DNA from: Azolla caroliniana
Taxonomy: Eukaryota; Plantae; Polypodiophyta
Length of the DNA: 64,000 bases
NCBI GenBank assembly: GCA_043228905.1
Contig: JBHGNT010000005.1
Coordinates: 13,702,001-13,766,000, forward strand
Direction of reading: 5' to 3'
In this document: in pieces, positions 34,201 through 47,400 of the stretch
Layout: each line of letters begins with the position of its first letter
Numbering within the stretch: position 1 is the stretch's first letter
The notes under the pieces: model-generated
The model's input: the letters and a program-made list of their open reading frames with translations, nothing else
What the model was told of the DNA's origin: nothing
The model's database searches: none
Made by a program: the position numbers and the translations under genes

Positions 34201-36195
34201 CGCACAGAAGCATGGCGTGGATTACGATGAAACCTTTGCACCAGTCGCGAAGATGACCACCGTGCGTGTTTGCTAGCCGTACCAGCGGCGAAGGGGTGGC
34301 ACTTATATCAAATGGATGTAAAGAATGTGTTCCTGCAAGGTGATATTCAGGAATAGCTATACATGGTACAACCCCCCCGATATCTATCCGAACAGAACAC
34401 TTCGGCAGTTTGTCGATTGAAGAAGTCTTTATACAAAATTAAGCAAGCCCCGCAAGCTTGGAACACAAAGATTACGCAACGGTTGTTCACGATGTCCAAG
34501 TCAGACTTTTCATTATTTATTCGGCAATGTAAACATGGACCGGTTAGCCTTCTATTGTATGTTGACGATTTAGTCATTGCTGGTGCCGACCTGGAAGAAA
34601 TCCGCCGCACGAAGTCTCATCTTGCGACATCATTCGACATGAAGGATCTTGGAGACCTTCATTACTTCCTTGGGATCGAAGTAATCTGTACCCCCGAAGG
34701 CATATTGATCAGCCAACATCAATACACACTGAATATGCTCTTCAAGTTCAGGATGGCAAATTTTAAGCCCATCTTGACCCCTCTGGACAGAAACATAAAG
34801 GTTCTCCAAGATTCAGGAAAGGCATGTGACCCGACATGGTTCCGAAAAATTTTCGGAAGCCTAATCTACTTGATGATCACTCGGTCGGATCTCAGATACC
34901 CAGTCGGCTTGATCAATCAATTTATGTCCCATCCCACAGCCGAACACTTTCAGTGCGCGCAAAGGATATTGCGATATGTCAGCGTCACTAAGGACATGGC
35001 GTTGTTGTATCACATAGGCATAGCCGAATAGTTAATTGGCTACACGGATGCCCATTGGGATGGAAATGCTAACGATCATAGATCCACATCCGGAACGCAT
35101 TATCATTGGGGAGTGTGGTGATCGCGTGGAGCAGTAAGAAGCAGCCGACAGTAGCACTATCGAGCATAGAGGCCGAATATCTAAGGGCGATTGTCGCTGC
35201 ATGCGAAGTCATTTGGCTGAAACGACTATTACGGGATCCGCATGTGGAGGTGTCCAATCCAACGATGATCTATTGTGACAACCTCAGCAGTGTCCACCTT
35301 GCGAAAAACCCTGTATTCCACGCCCAGACCAAGCACATTGAGGTGCACTACCATTTTGTCCGCGAGCGTGTCCTTTCTGGTGAAGTCGAACTAGCGTATG
35401 TTTTGACGGATCGGTAGATTACCAACATCTTCACCAAGCCCCTTGGTCTCAACAAGTTACGACATTTCTCGAGTGAGCTGGCTTTGTGTCACCTCGACAC
35501 GCCGAACTGGACGGGGAGATACGAACAGGAGCGTGAAAGGAGTGGTAGTGACCGCGATGCGAAATCCGATGGAGAATTCGATTTCGCACCGGCTGAAGAA
35601 ACCGAAGAAGTAAGCAAGGGTTGTAACCGTAGGAAAGATCCAAAGACAGAAGAAGAATTGGAGATAATGTCGAGACCAAGATGTGGTCTGATGTTGTCAA
35701 GGGCCTAAAGATAGAAGACGAATTGGAGATAACCAATTCGGATGTAAGTGGAAATGAATCGGGAGTGACCGATTCAATCGAAATGTCACTCATTCGGACA
35801 TTACGAATCGACTGAGGGCCAAGCAAAAAAAAGGGCAGCGAAAGAGGTGCCAACACCGCGACAGCAAGGGAGCTGAGAAGGGCCACATGAGCAGACAAGC
35901 CGACCGAAAGGATCGAGCGTGGAATCGGACGGGCCGAAGAGCGAGAGCGAGGCATGAAACCAGGAGAAGCCGGAGCGAAGATCCGGAGGAGCACGCAAAA
36001 CCTCAAGTTGAGCTTGAGGGGGAGTGTTGAGAAACAAGCTTAACATTGGGTGCGTAGAACATGGTCGTAGCGGTGTGTAAACCGAGAGGCCGTTAGAACG
36101 TTATTCATCGTAAGGAATAATTTTGGGAGTAAGTGTAGGATTCTCATTTTTGAGCGGTCAAGTACTAACAGTACTTGTTTTAGCACTTTGACTGT
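31292..36195 (+). mobile_element. copia C1 element, degenerate; only the last ~35 bp of the 5' LTR remain; 3' LTR from 36025 truncated
   Basis: TTTTACA|TGGTATCAGAG PBS at 31329; gag-PR-IN-RT (YVDD)-RH fragments; PPT GAGGGGGAG|TGTTGAG at ~36016-36024. Confidence 0.9.
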
Positions 36196-36880
36196 CGCAG
36201 TGGAGCCAGAATTCCTCCTACCGGATCCCTAGCTCTCCGATGAAGTCCTTCATCTAGATTACCTCTTTACCAGCTTCTACATCTGCCATGTACTCCGCTT
36301 CCTCTTTACCAGCTTCTACATCTACCATGTACCCCTCTTCCATTGTCGATAGTGCAATAGAATTCTGTAGCATCGATTGCCACAATACGGCTCCCCCGGC
36401 ATATGTCATAACATATTCGGACGTTGACCGGCTGGTATCCGCATCAACCGACAGATCCGAATCCGTGAATCCTTCAAGTTGGGGTTTACCTGATCCGAAT
36501 CGGAGGCACATACTCGAGGTGCCTTTCGAGTACTGGACTATCCACTTGACCGCGGTCCACTGTTCTCGTCTTGGATTGCTCATGAACCGACTGACCACTA
36601 CGACAACATATCTGATATCCAGTCAGGTACACACCATTGAATACATCAAGCTTCCGACGGTAGAGGCGTATGGTATCTTCATCATCTCCGACTTTGCTTT
36701 CTGGATAGCTTCCAATTTTCCCAAAGTGTCGATCCGACCAGCTTCGCATTTGTCATGTTGAACTGTTGGAGCACCTTCGTCATGTACTTCTCCTATGACA
36801 ACCACAATAGCTTCTTCGTCCGGTCCTGGACTATGTGCATCCCCTGTATCTATCTTGTCGGATCCAAATCTTTCATTGAG
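36196..36880 (-). mobile_element. copia family C2 (Tnt1/Tork-like) RT-RH fragment
   Basis: IPYASTVGSLMYSMVCT; VSRFMSNP..AVKWI..LEGFTDSD; similar to 51143-51910. Confidence 0.8.
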
Positions 36881-36882
36881 AA

Positions 36883-39069
36883 GTGTTCACGTTAATATGC
36901 GGAAGATTTGACAAATTGGTTTATCCGGATAGCAACAGAAAACAGAGACAAGGTTTAATGGAAGCATGAAACAGAGAATAAACAGGAGAGACAGATAGAG
37001 TAGAAAACATGAACTCAATTAAGTTGTCCGTCTACATCGGTCCGATATAGCAACCCCCTTATCCTAAGTGCCGCAGAATTCGGTGCACGCACTAAAGGTG
37101 CTCCATGGTTGTTTGACATGAATTGACTAATCAATCCAACCGAATAACTGAGATCCGGTCGAGGTGATTGCTAGATAGATAAGGCTTCCGACTATCTGTC
37201 AGAACCTTTTCGAGTCGCATGTCGTTTTGGAGGTGGGGCGAAGCTTCACATTCCGGTCCAGAGGAGTTGAGACGGATTTACATTCCGTCATATTGAATTT
37301 GAAGAGCATACTCAGCACATAATGTCATTAAATGATCAATATGCCTTCTAGGGTGCGGATCACTTAATCCTGAGGGAGTAATGAAGTGTCCTAGATCCTT
37401 CATGTCAAACGATGCCGCAAGTTGGATTTTGACGCGGCCCATTTCGTCCAGGTCAGGGTCGGCAATTTCGTCCCGTTCTGACCTTGCCGGATGAAGAGAG
37501 AAGAATCCGATTTTGATGGAGCAAACCCAATACGACGCAGTCTTTGCGTGATCTTCACGTTCCAGGCGTGCGAGGCTTGCTTGAGTCTGTAGTGGGACTT
37601 CTTCAATCGGCACCCTACCGATGTATTCATTCCGAACTGAAATTTAGGGGGTTGAACCATAAACACTTGTTCCTCAAGATCACCTTGCAGGAACGCGTTT
37701 TTCACATCCATCTAGTGTAGATGCCACCCCTTCGCCACTGCCGCTGCAAGCAGGACACAGATGGTCGTCAGCTTTGCGACCGACGTGAACGTTTCATCGT
37801 AGTCGATGTCATGCTGATGCAGTTAGCCCTTTTCCACTAACCGGGCCTTGTACCGATTGATGGACCTGTCAAGTTCACTCCTTTCGGTACGTCCACCAAA
37901 TCTCATGTCTCGTTTTCCGTGAGTGCATGTGCGTGCACCGTCTCCTCGGTTCCTTGCGCGGGGAAAGCATGACTGAGTCTTCACTGCTCGTCGGCTCATC
38001 ATCTTGCTGGTCCTTACGACTCAATACTTCATTCGGCCCGCTTAGCCGAAATGAGATCAGACTCTCATCTAGAGTACCGAATCCTTCTTCATCTTCTGCC
38101 CGGATCATTTCGGGCTCACTGGCCTCATCCTCCGGAATCGGGTCTGAGTCGGACATCGGAGCCGGTAGAGATTACCATGATACTGACTCGTCAAATTCAA
38201 CATCTCGGTTCACTTGAACTTGTGTTGTTCAGGGGTTGTAGCACTTATAACCCTTTCGCTCATGTGAGTACCTGGCAAGGATGAAGTTCTCTGAGTTCAG
38301 GTCCAGCTTTCTCCGGTTCTCATCCAGCACATGCACATATACAATGCTACCAAATATCTTAAGCTGCCTTAAATATGGCTTCCGCCCAAAATATAGCTCA
38401 TGTGCTGACACCTTATCCCCGATTGGGTTTTGGATGTAGACAATCGTCCAGACCGGTTCAGCCCAATAGAACTTGGGCATGCTCTTCTCTTCTAGCATTG
38501 CCCGTGCCGTCTCCACAATTGACCGGTTCTTCCTTTTGGCCACACTATTCTGTTCCGGTGTTTATCGACAGCTGAATTCCCTCCGAATACCTTTCTGCTA
38601 CAGATAACTATTGAATTGGCCGGAAAAGTATTCTTTTCTGCCATCTGACCACAGACACATGATCTTCCTTTCTGCTTCCCTTGGTTGACGATCTGCCTGA
38701 CCGACACCAGATTCATTGTGATTGTTGGAACATGTAGTACATTCATCAACTTTCCCTTTTGTCCGACATGGCTTAAAGGGACTTTTCCAACATGCACAAT
38801 CGGGTGAGGAGTGTCGTCTCCAATTTCAATAACTTCTAGCTGCTCTAGCTTTTCCAAAAATGAGAACCACTCTTCGTGGTTTGTCATGTGGTTAGATGAT
38901 CCAGAGTCAACGTACCACACTTCCCCCAATCCCGAAGTGTTCTTCTTCATCGATTTCACCTTGTGTGTCATCACAAAGGCTATCCTAGCCCTTTCAGTTC
39001 CGGATCCTTTTGATCCTTCGGTATAGTGCGAGCTCTCTCAGTTCCATTGTCCGGCCTTGCCAGATCCGG
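36883..39069 (-). mobile_element. copia C1 fragments (LTR piece 36883-~37020; RT, IN and PR with deletions)
   Basis: MDVKNAFLQGDLEEQVFMVQP; MLEEKSMPKFYWAE; WYVDSGSSNHMT. Confidence 0.8.
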
Positions 39070-41449
39070 ATTTATCATGTACATTGTCATCAGCACCTCA
39101 GCCCAAAACTTCTTGGATAGTTTAGCATGGACCATCATGCTCCGAATTCTTTCCATTACGATTCGGTTCATCCTTTCAGTCAATCCATTTAGCTCCGGTT
39201 TCTTCGACATGGTGAATTCGAGCGGGATTCCCTTCGACCGACAGTACTCCTCGAACTTCCCCCAGTATTCTCCTACGTTGTCCATTTGAACCACCTTCAG
39301 CTTCCGGTCAGTTTCTCTTTCCACTCTTGTGTGGAATTCCTTGAAGACAGATAATACCTAGTCCTTCGTCCTCAGCAGTGAAACTCACAATTTTCGGTTG
39401 TGGCCGTCTATGAACGTAACGAAGTACTGCGATCTGGCATGTGACTTCGTGTCCACTTGGCATACATTGGTATGCACAAGTTCCAGGGATGCATTCCGTC
39501 TCCACAGTGATCTCAACCGGAAAGAGGTTCGGTTCTGCTTGCTGGCCAAGCAATTAGTGCATTTCTCAAGCTGCGCATCCATCACCTCCGAAATGAGGTT
39601 ATCTTCGGCAAGTCTTCTCATCCCTTTCAGGCTTATGTGACACAAGCACTTGTGCCGCAACTCACCGACATTTCTGGATGCCATGTTCACTTTTTCTCGG
39701 AAAATCTAGGAATTCGTCAAGTATAGTCTATTGATCTTCTAGGCTCGAGCCACAATCAAGCTTCCTTTGCAAAACTTCATAACTTCGTTCCGGATACTAC
39801 CCATGTAGACAACCGACTAATATCAGGTTCAACCGAACCTCTGGAATGTGTCGGACATCTTTCAGCAACAACTTGCACCTGGTTGACGTCGTCAACCACA
39901 CGTCTCCCATGGCGACAATTCGGCATGCACCCTTCATTTCCCATTCAGACAGAACCGTGATCTCCAGCTCTATACGATGAGAAGCACTTCTGGTTGGGTG
40001 TCAGATGGAACACACACTTGAGTCGACCACCCATGTCGTTTCGTCGCTGACAAGATGCAACTCACTCTCCTTGGTGATTAGCAATAGTTCTTCTTCACTT
40101 GTCGCGATCGCTGATGTTCCATTCCGATCCGAACTTCTCTCCTCTGGACCCTTCTTTGAGTCGGCATTATTGGTTCCTTTCTCCTTCCGGAACTGTCGAT
40201 AGTTCTTCTGGAAGTACCCCAGGTTTTCGCAATTGAAGCAAGTGGGCCTCCCCCTTGACTTTGACCTCCTCCCCAATGTGTCCCGGTTTTGAAGACTCTG
40301 AATCGGGCCTCTTCCCCGATTATGGTCGTCTTTCCTAACCAAGGCCTTCAGATCGGTTCTGCATTCGTGGTCCTTCCAGTGAGCTTCTTCATCCAGCAAG
40401 CTCGACCTTACCCTTGCTAGGAACAGTTGTTTTCCTTCCAGCCTGGTGTTGCCCAAAGTGACAACTACTGTCCCCCAACTACCCGAGAGGGAACTGAGCA
40501 ACAGCAACGCGAGTACCTCGTCGGCTATAGGTATCCCACGAGAGGTTGTTTGATTTATGAGCCCTTGGAAAGCATTCATGTGCTCCGCCATGTTGGATCC
40601 AACTTGGTACCGGAGTCTCACTAACTCCCTAAATATCGAAACCCAATATACGACATTCTTCTTCTCAAACATGGTGTTTATCTTCTCCCAGAGCTCATTT
40701 GCCTTGTTTTCTTCATTGAAGTTGTTGTACAGGCTCATGTCGATGAAGCACCAAATGTATGCCGTCGTCTTCACCTCCCACGTGGTGGCATCGATCTTGT
40801 CTGGTTTCTTATCCCCGAACTGTACCAAAGATCTTTGACCACGAGCATGTCCCTTATCTTTGACTTCCACACTGAGTAGTTGGAGCCGGTGAGCTTGGAA
40901 ATGCTTCCAAATGACTCTTCCATTTGTTGTTCACTTTGATACCAGTTTGTGAGGAATAATGGTCGGCCACAACCGAGTCTTACTCACTCAATGGAAGAAA
41001 ATAGAAAATAGAAAAACGATAGACACACGATGTTAACGTCGCAAACCCTAATAGGGAAAAACCACGAGAGCCCACAAGCTCCAACTCTCTCTATGAGAAA
41101 AGAATACAATGCGAGACTGAACGGCAACGACCTCGAGCTCTATGTCATCGCCAACCAGCGGTTACGATAGAAAAGCTTTCTATATCTCACACTCTCCCTG
41201 TGTCTATACAACAATATCTCTACATGCATCATTATGATCAGAAATGATTGCCCTAAGTCATATTTATAGTTATATGACTTTGGCACTATTGACAAATATA
41301 GCCATGACAGGCACACTAAGAACATATTTATAGATATGTTCCTGGATCCGGTTCACACTAGATCCATCTAGTCCGGTTCCTTCGTCTCGTCCAATCCGGC
41401 TCATCCAGATCTCATCCGAATCCCATCCAGAGGGACTCAATTCCCAACA
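39070..41449 (-). mobile_element. copia C2 5' portion: 5' LTR 40948-41449, Met-i PBS, gag, PR, IN start
   Basis: PBS TGGTATCAAAG ~40934-40944; gag 40001-40870 (CFNCENLGY, WVVDSS); IN ELVHTNVC..YFVTFIDG. Confidence 0.85.
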
Positions 41450-44400
41450 ATACTGACGGTCCCCCAAGTTCTTCATTTTGAAAGCATCTTACAACTGGGA
41501 TTTCACTCGGCCGAGTCCGGTGATGGTTAGATCATCTACATATAATAGGATACATACTAGACCATCCAGACCTTTCCGCATGAACAACAAAAAGTCTGAC
41601 TTGGAGGCCGCAAACCCCATCTTACGCGACCGGTGTGTAATCTTCGAATTCCAAGCACAAGGGTCTTGCTTCAGGCCATAAAGGGACTACTTGAGTCGGT
41701 ACAGTGCTGACTTGTTCATATCTGACTGAAATCCAAGGGCTTGGATCATGTAGACCTGTTCTTCAAGCTCACCTTGAAGAAATGCATTCTTCATGTCCAT
41801 TTAGTGAAGATTCCAGCCCCTTGCTGCAACAACCGCTAGCACTCCATGAACCCTCGTCATCCTCGCTACTGGAGCAAAGGTCTTGGTGTAATTGATTCCG
41901 TGGGTTTGTGCGTATCCTTTGGCCACTAACCGGGCCTTATACCGGTTAATCGAAGCGTCAACATTATACTTGACCTTGTACACCCACTTGCAATCGAGTC
42001 AGGTCCCAGGTCCCAGGTCCCATGTGTCGTTGGCATCAAGTGCCCGCATCTCTTCCTCCATAGCGGCACAGCATTGTGCATCTTTTTCCGCTACTACGTA
42101 GCTCTCCAGCTCACGCACTTCCACCGCCTTCATCATGTATTCTCATTATACCCATACCGTTGTCGCGTTACTACGCGTGCGTGTGTTAATTAAGGCGGGA
42201 ACGCGGGGGCCCTAAACCGAGGAGCAAGAGAGACAAGGGAAGTGAGGAGCGCGACAGTGCGAGGGCTGCTAGACCTATAAGCAACCGACGACACTTACCC
42301 GCGGATTGGACCACCACCGCGTATACCGACTCAATCACAGAGCACACTCGAGAGAGATGAAAGAAGAGATTCCCTGAACACAGATAACACGGGTCGGCGG
42401 AAACAAGAGATTCTATTACAATAACAATGGCAATTACAACAGTTGCAACCCCGCAGAGAATGATGACAGAGGAAGAGAGAGCTCGGTTCCCAGTCCGACA
42501 ACACCTCCTCCTTCCCTCCCAAAATGTAATACCCTTCTCCTATTCCCCTTCCCTTTTATAGGTCGTCGAGGAGGCCGTTACATCAAAACACGTCAACATT
42601 ATCTTGCTTCCCTCCCAAAACGTAATACCCTTCTCCTATTCCCCTTCCCTTTTATAGGTCGCTGAGGAGGCCATTACATCAAAACATCTCAACATTATTC
42701 TCTGTCCCTTAGGACAGAGATACGCATCGATTTCCTAATTAATAAGTGTGCCACACCTAGTATATTTACATCAACCATCCTATTCCTAGTTATGTACAAT
42801 GTATCAATTCGCGCACACTCGTGCAAGGGTGGGTTCACTCCTTTAATTCCTTGATTCCTCTTCGGGCCGGTTTTCTTCAAGACATCCACCCCCACCAAAT
42901 CGCGGATCCATCGGTATGAGCCAGACACTAACAATCACTGGAGAAGATTGGCCCGTAATCATCCGTCACTTCCCGAATCCTTGTCTGCTCTGAACCGGTC
43001 GTCGTCGTCGGTCACTCTTCCCAGATCCAGCTCATCCTCATGCCGCTTCTTGAACGCCTTGATCCGCTTCCCGGCTACCGGCACTGTTAATTGCGTCCTG
43101 TCAAGCTCCGCAAGATGATATGTCCTGTTGTCATTCGCGCTCGTTACGGCGTAGGGCCCGAACCACCTCCTCGTGAATTGGTGCATTGCCTTGTGTTGGT
43201 TGTCGAGGTTGTTGTCATACACCAACACCCAGTTGCCTTCCTCGATCTTCTTTGGATGTAGCCGGTACGTTCGGTGGAACCGGCCTTTGTTCCTCTCCCT
43301 CGTTGCATGTAGCTTCACCTTTGCATGCTCCACGTCCTCCGGTCTTCGCTCGAGTGGTCGAATCCGCGCGGCCAACAGTTCCTCCCGGCTCATCTCGTCC
43401 CTCCAATCTATCGCCACCCAGGAGGAAATCATCTGGTCCACTAGCATGACCTGTTTCTGCTCGTACATCAGCTCCACCGGCATGTACCTGGTTACTGAAC
43501 TATACGTCATCCGGTCTGCCCATAGTGCGTAGGGTAGTAGCCACGGCCAATTCCCAACCTGGCCTCCGTAGGCCCATACCGTGTCCGCGTTTCACCTTCC
43601 AGTTTGCCTCTAGATTGTACGCCGTAGTGAGAGAGAGTTTAACCCCTAACCGTCCAAACAACTCTTCGGCCTCCAGTGCATCCAGTTTCCCGCGGTCTGC
43701 TATGATCTTTCCTACGCACTCGTACTGACACACCACCTCCTCGATTAGGAACCGGTATACGGCCGCAGTCATTTTGTTTGGTAATGCTCGATGCTCCACC
43801 TAGTTCGTCAGATCTTCTCGTGCCAGCACCAAGTACCACATCTGCCCTACCCCCATCAACATTGTCACCAGATACACCATCCACTTGAAGTCGATAGTCA
43901 GTGGACAAGTCGGGTGCAGCTCGTCCCGATGTCAGACTATGGAATGCATCTGACAACTTTCGCAAGTTGTTACGAACCAATGCACGTCCTGGTATAGTCC
44001 TGGCCACTAGTACTTCTCCTTCAGCTTCTCGAACATGGCCCATGTCCCCCGGTGCCCAGTCCAAGGACTCTCGTGGTATGCCATTAGCAATGCTTCCTGC
44101 TCCTCCTTCCTTGCCACCACCCAGAGTGGGACTCCGTTTCGCTTCTTCAGGTGCTTCCATATGCTTCCGTTTCGTTGGAAGAATTAGTATGCTTTCTTCT
44201 TGATCCGGTTAGCCTCTTCCCTTGTCCACGCCGCTCCCAGCATCATCGTCTTCAGGAACCCATCGATCTGGAGTCACTCCCCTTTGTACTTGCTCTCGTC
44301 GAACTCATTAAGCACCGCAGTGCTCCCAGACCTCGCCGCTATGCGAGCCGACTCGAAGAAGTCCTCGCCAATCTCTTCATTCTCCGAAACCATGCCGTCT

Positions 44401-47400
44401 TCTTCGTCGAACCATGCTCTTGAAAGCATATCGGCCATGGTGTTGTCTTTACCAGAGATGTGTTGTATCTCCGGATTTAGAGACTTGATGTACGCAATCC
44501 ACCTGAGCAATGCCAGGTCCGGAGTCGCGCATCCGGAAACAGTACCGAGAATCGGTAGGCAGTCCGTCTCGATTATTACTTCCGTTGCGATTAGATAGTC
44601 CTTGCCGGCCTTGACTACCGAAACGATACCCCACAGTTCGTGCTTAACTTGGGCGTATCCTCACTGCCGCTCACTAAGAACCTTCGCCCCGAACCGGATC
44701 GGGAACCGCGTGCCGCTCGCATCCTCCTGATTGACCACCCATCCTATCCCGGTCGGGCTCGTATCTATGGTTACGTAGATTGGGACCTCCTTGCGGTAAA
44801 CTGCTTTTCGGAGAGCCGGTGCCGCAGTAATCGCCTCCTTCAGTCTCCGGATCGACTCAGTATGCTCCTCGCCCCATTCGAACTTACACCCTTTTTTTAG
44901 CAACCCATAGAGTGGTTTTGCGACATGTGCGTACTGCGGAACCCAGATGTGATAGAACACACTCGCCCCCAAGAACCTTTAGACCTTTGTAACCGACTTG
45001 CATTCGTCCTTCATCGTGGAGATAGCCTCCACCTTCGTCGAAGACGGTTTCTGGCCGTAAGGCCCACACAATTGCCTGACTACCAGGATCTCTGATTGCC
45101 CGAAAGTTGACTTCTCTCCGGAGAAGGTGAGCCATGCGTTCTCAAGCCTTTGTAGCACCTTCTCGCAGTCTTTGATGTGGTCCGCAACAAACCTCTGGCA
45201 ACCGTCCGATGCAACCGACTCATCCTTCTCTTCCACCGGACATCCCTTTATCGGTTTGTCATCCAAAAACGGCATGGTGATGTCTGGGATGCAGTCCCTT
45301 ACCACTTTGTTCATAGCGTTCACCATGTGCGCCACCGAGTTGGTCCCTTCTTGCGGCAAGGTACACATCCGCACTAGGCCGAGAGGAGCCTGCACTAGTT
45401 GGAACTGGTCGTACCCCGAGTATAGATCCCCGACCGAATAGATCCACCTTCCGGTGAAGGCCTCTGCAAACTCTCAATGGTCGGCCCGATACCTGCACTT
45501 CGAATGGTCACTTTATTGACCGGTTGCAGGTCCTAAATGAAGCGCAACATGCCGTTCTTCTTTGGCACCATAAACCACCAGTTCGAATATGGGGCACTCG
45601 ATGGCTCGAGGATGACCATTTCCACCTTCTATTTCATCAGCTTCACCAACTCCGGGATGTGAGCTCTAGGTACCGGAATTGGCTTGAGATTCCACCGCAC
45701 ATGCGGTACCGTGAAGATCACCATTGGTTCCACAATTGTCGGGTCCATGCACCCGATCTCCCACGGCGCAAAAGCGAAGGCCTTCCCGTGCCTTCTGAGC
45801 ATTCCCTGAAACCTCTCCTCCTCCGCCGGCAGTAAGAAGCCCCCCAACTAACCTTGAGCTCCCGTAGCGTTATGTCGGTGAACTGGTGTCCTATACCGTC
45901 CGGATTCCGTAAACTTGGGTCCCACGCGACCCCCTTTATTCGTTCCTCATCGCCCTCCGGCAAGGGTGCCGCGACTGGCCTCACCTTTCGGTCCACAATC
46001 TTGTACCTTGTATCCACGCAGGCCGTTTGATCTTGCTTGACCCTTTCCCCGAAGTCGGCAATGACTTCGTACATTCCCACCGAGTTAACCAAAATCATCC
46101 ACTCTTCACTGAGGCCTTCTTCGATCACCTTCCCAATTTCCCCGAGGGTGTCGTCGAAAGAGACCGCTTCCACAGCACCACTAATTTCCTCATCGGGGGC
46201 GAGGACTCCGCATGTCCCGAGTCATTCCTCTACCCACTTCTTCTCTCGGCCGCTAATGCCGGCTATAGTACAACCTCTGTTATCGGAGAACCCAAATTTC
46301 CTACCTATGGTACAGGTGTGGGGATTCTTCGGGGTGTCCGGACTATTGCCGAGGGTTTCGTGGTTCCACTCATGGTTCGGTAGTATGGTCAGGAATTGGA
46401 CGGAGTGCCGGCCATCTTGGATCTTTACGCATGTGTATGCCAAACCGTTATCCAACACCCTTGTCTTCATACGCGCCGCCGTAATGTATGGCTCGCCGAG
46501 TATCACCGGGTGCGAGGATGTCTCTTGCACGAAAAAGTGTTGATTGATCTCGACGTCGCTGATCTTGATGCATACATTCGGGCACGCCCCGTGCAGCTCC
46601 TCTGTAGCGCAGGTCGCCACGCGTATTTTCCAACCGTGCTTGTTGTTAATCGGCCATTTCTCCTTTCTATCAATGCCACCACAGGCTCTTGGACGTCCCC
46701 GACCCGAACAGGGGTCTCCGTAGTGACCTTGGCCCAGTGCGACCTCGAATAGTGGCTTTTCGCCAACTCGTCTTCCAGGGCCATGTCCTCCAGGTGCGTG
46801 GTTCGCACCTTCACCGCCTTCTCTGGTTCCGGCTCTGTCGAGAGCCATTTCCGCCTGATGCTGAATAATGGACTGCCTCAGCATGGCACGCCTCCGCTTC
46901 TTCCATTAGCCGCTTCATCCCACCACACCCGAAATTTGTCTCCACGGCTCTCCGAGTATCACCAACATGCACCCGTCCGTTCCATAGGTACACCACATTA
47001 CCCCTGAGGGCTTAGGCAAACTCCACATAGTCTCGCCGGCTTTGCCCGACCACATCGCACCACATACACTGTTGTCCAGCCGGTGGCCTTCGGTCGCATG
47101 GGTCCCGTCGCCGACGACTTCTCACCGCCCCACTATCGCCATTTGTCGAAGCGGCTGCAGACCCCTTTGACCACAGCCCAATTGGTCGTCAGCCCATCAT
47201 CTGTCTCTCGCAGGAGAGCCACCTGGCCCTATCCCGCACGTCCACCGATTTGACAAACAACAGGACACGGCTCATGTCCACCACGGTCTTGTCCAGTGTT
47301 GAGAGCCGTGTCAAGCGTTCTTCGAACTCACAGAGGAGTGTCGACGCATTCCTCCCCTTCCCGGGGGTTTCCACCCACTCCATGAATTCCCGCTTCAATA

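Noticed and set aside
42790-42845. A fifth A/B-box module (GGGTTCACTCC) at the same LTR position
   Set aside because: The B box is non-consensus and there is no convincing A box at the right distance; not counted.
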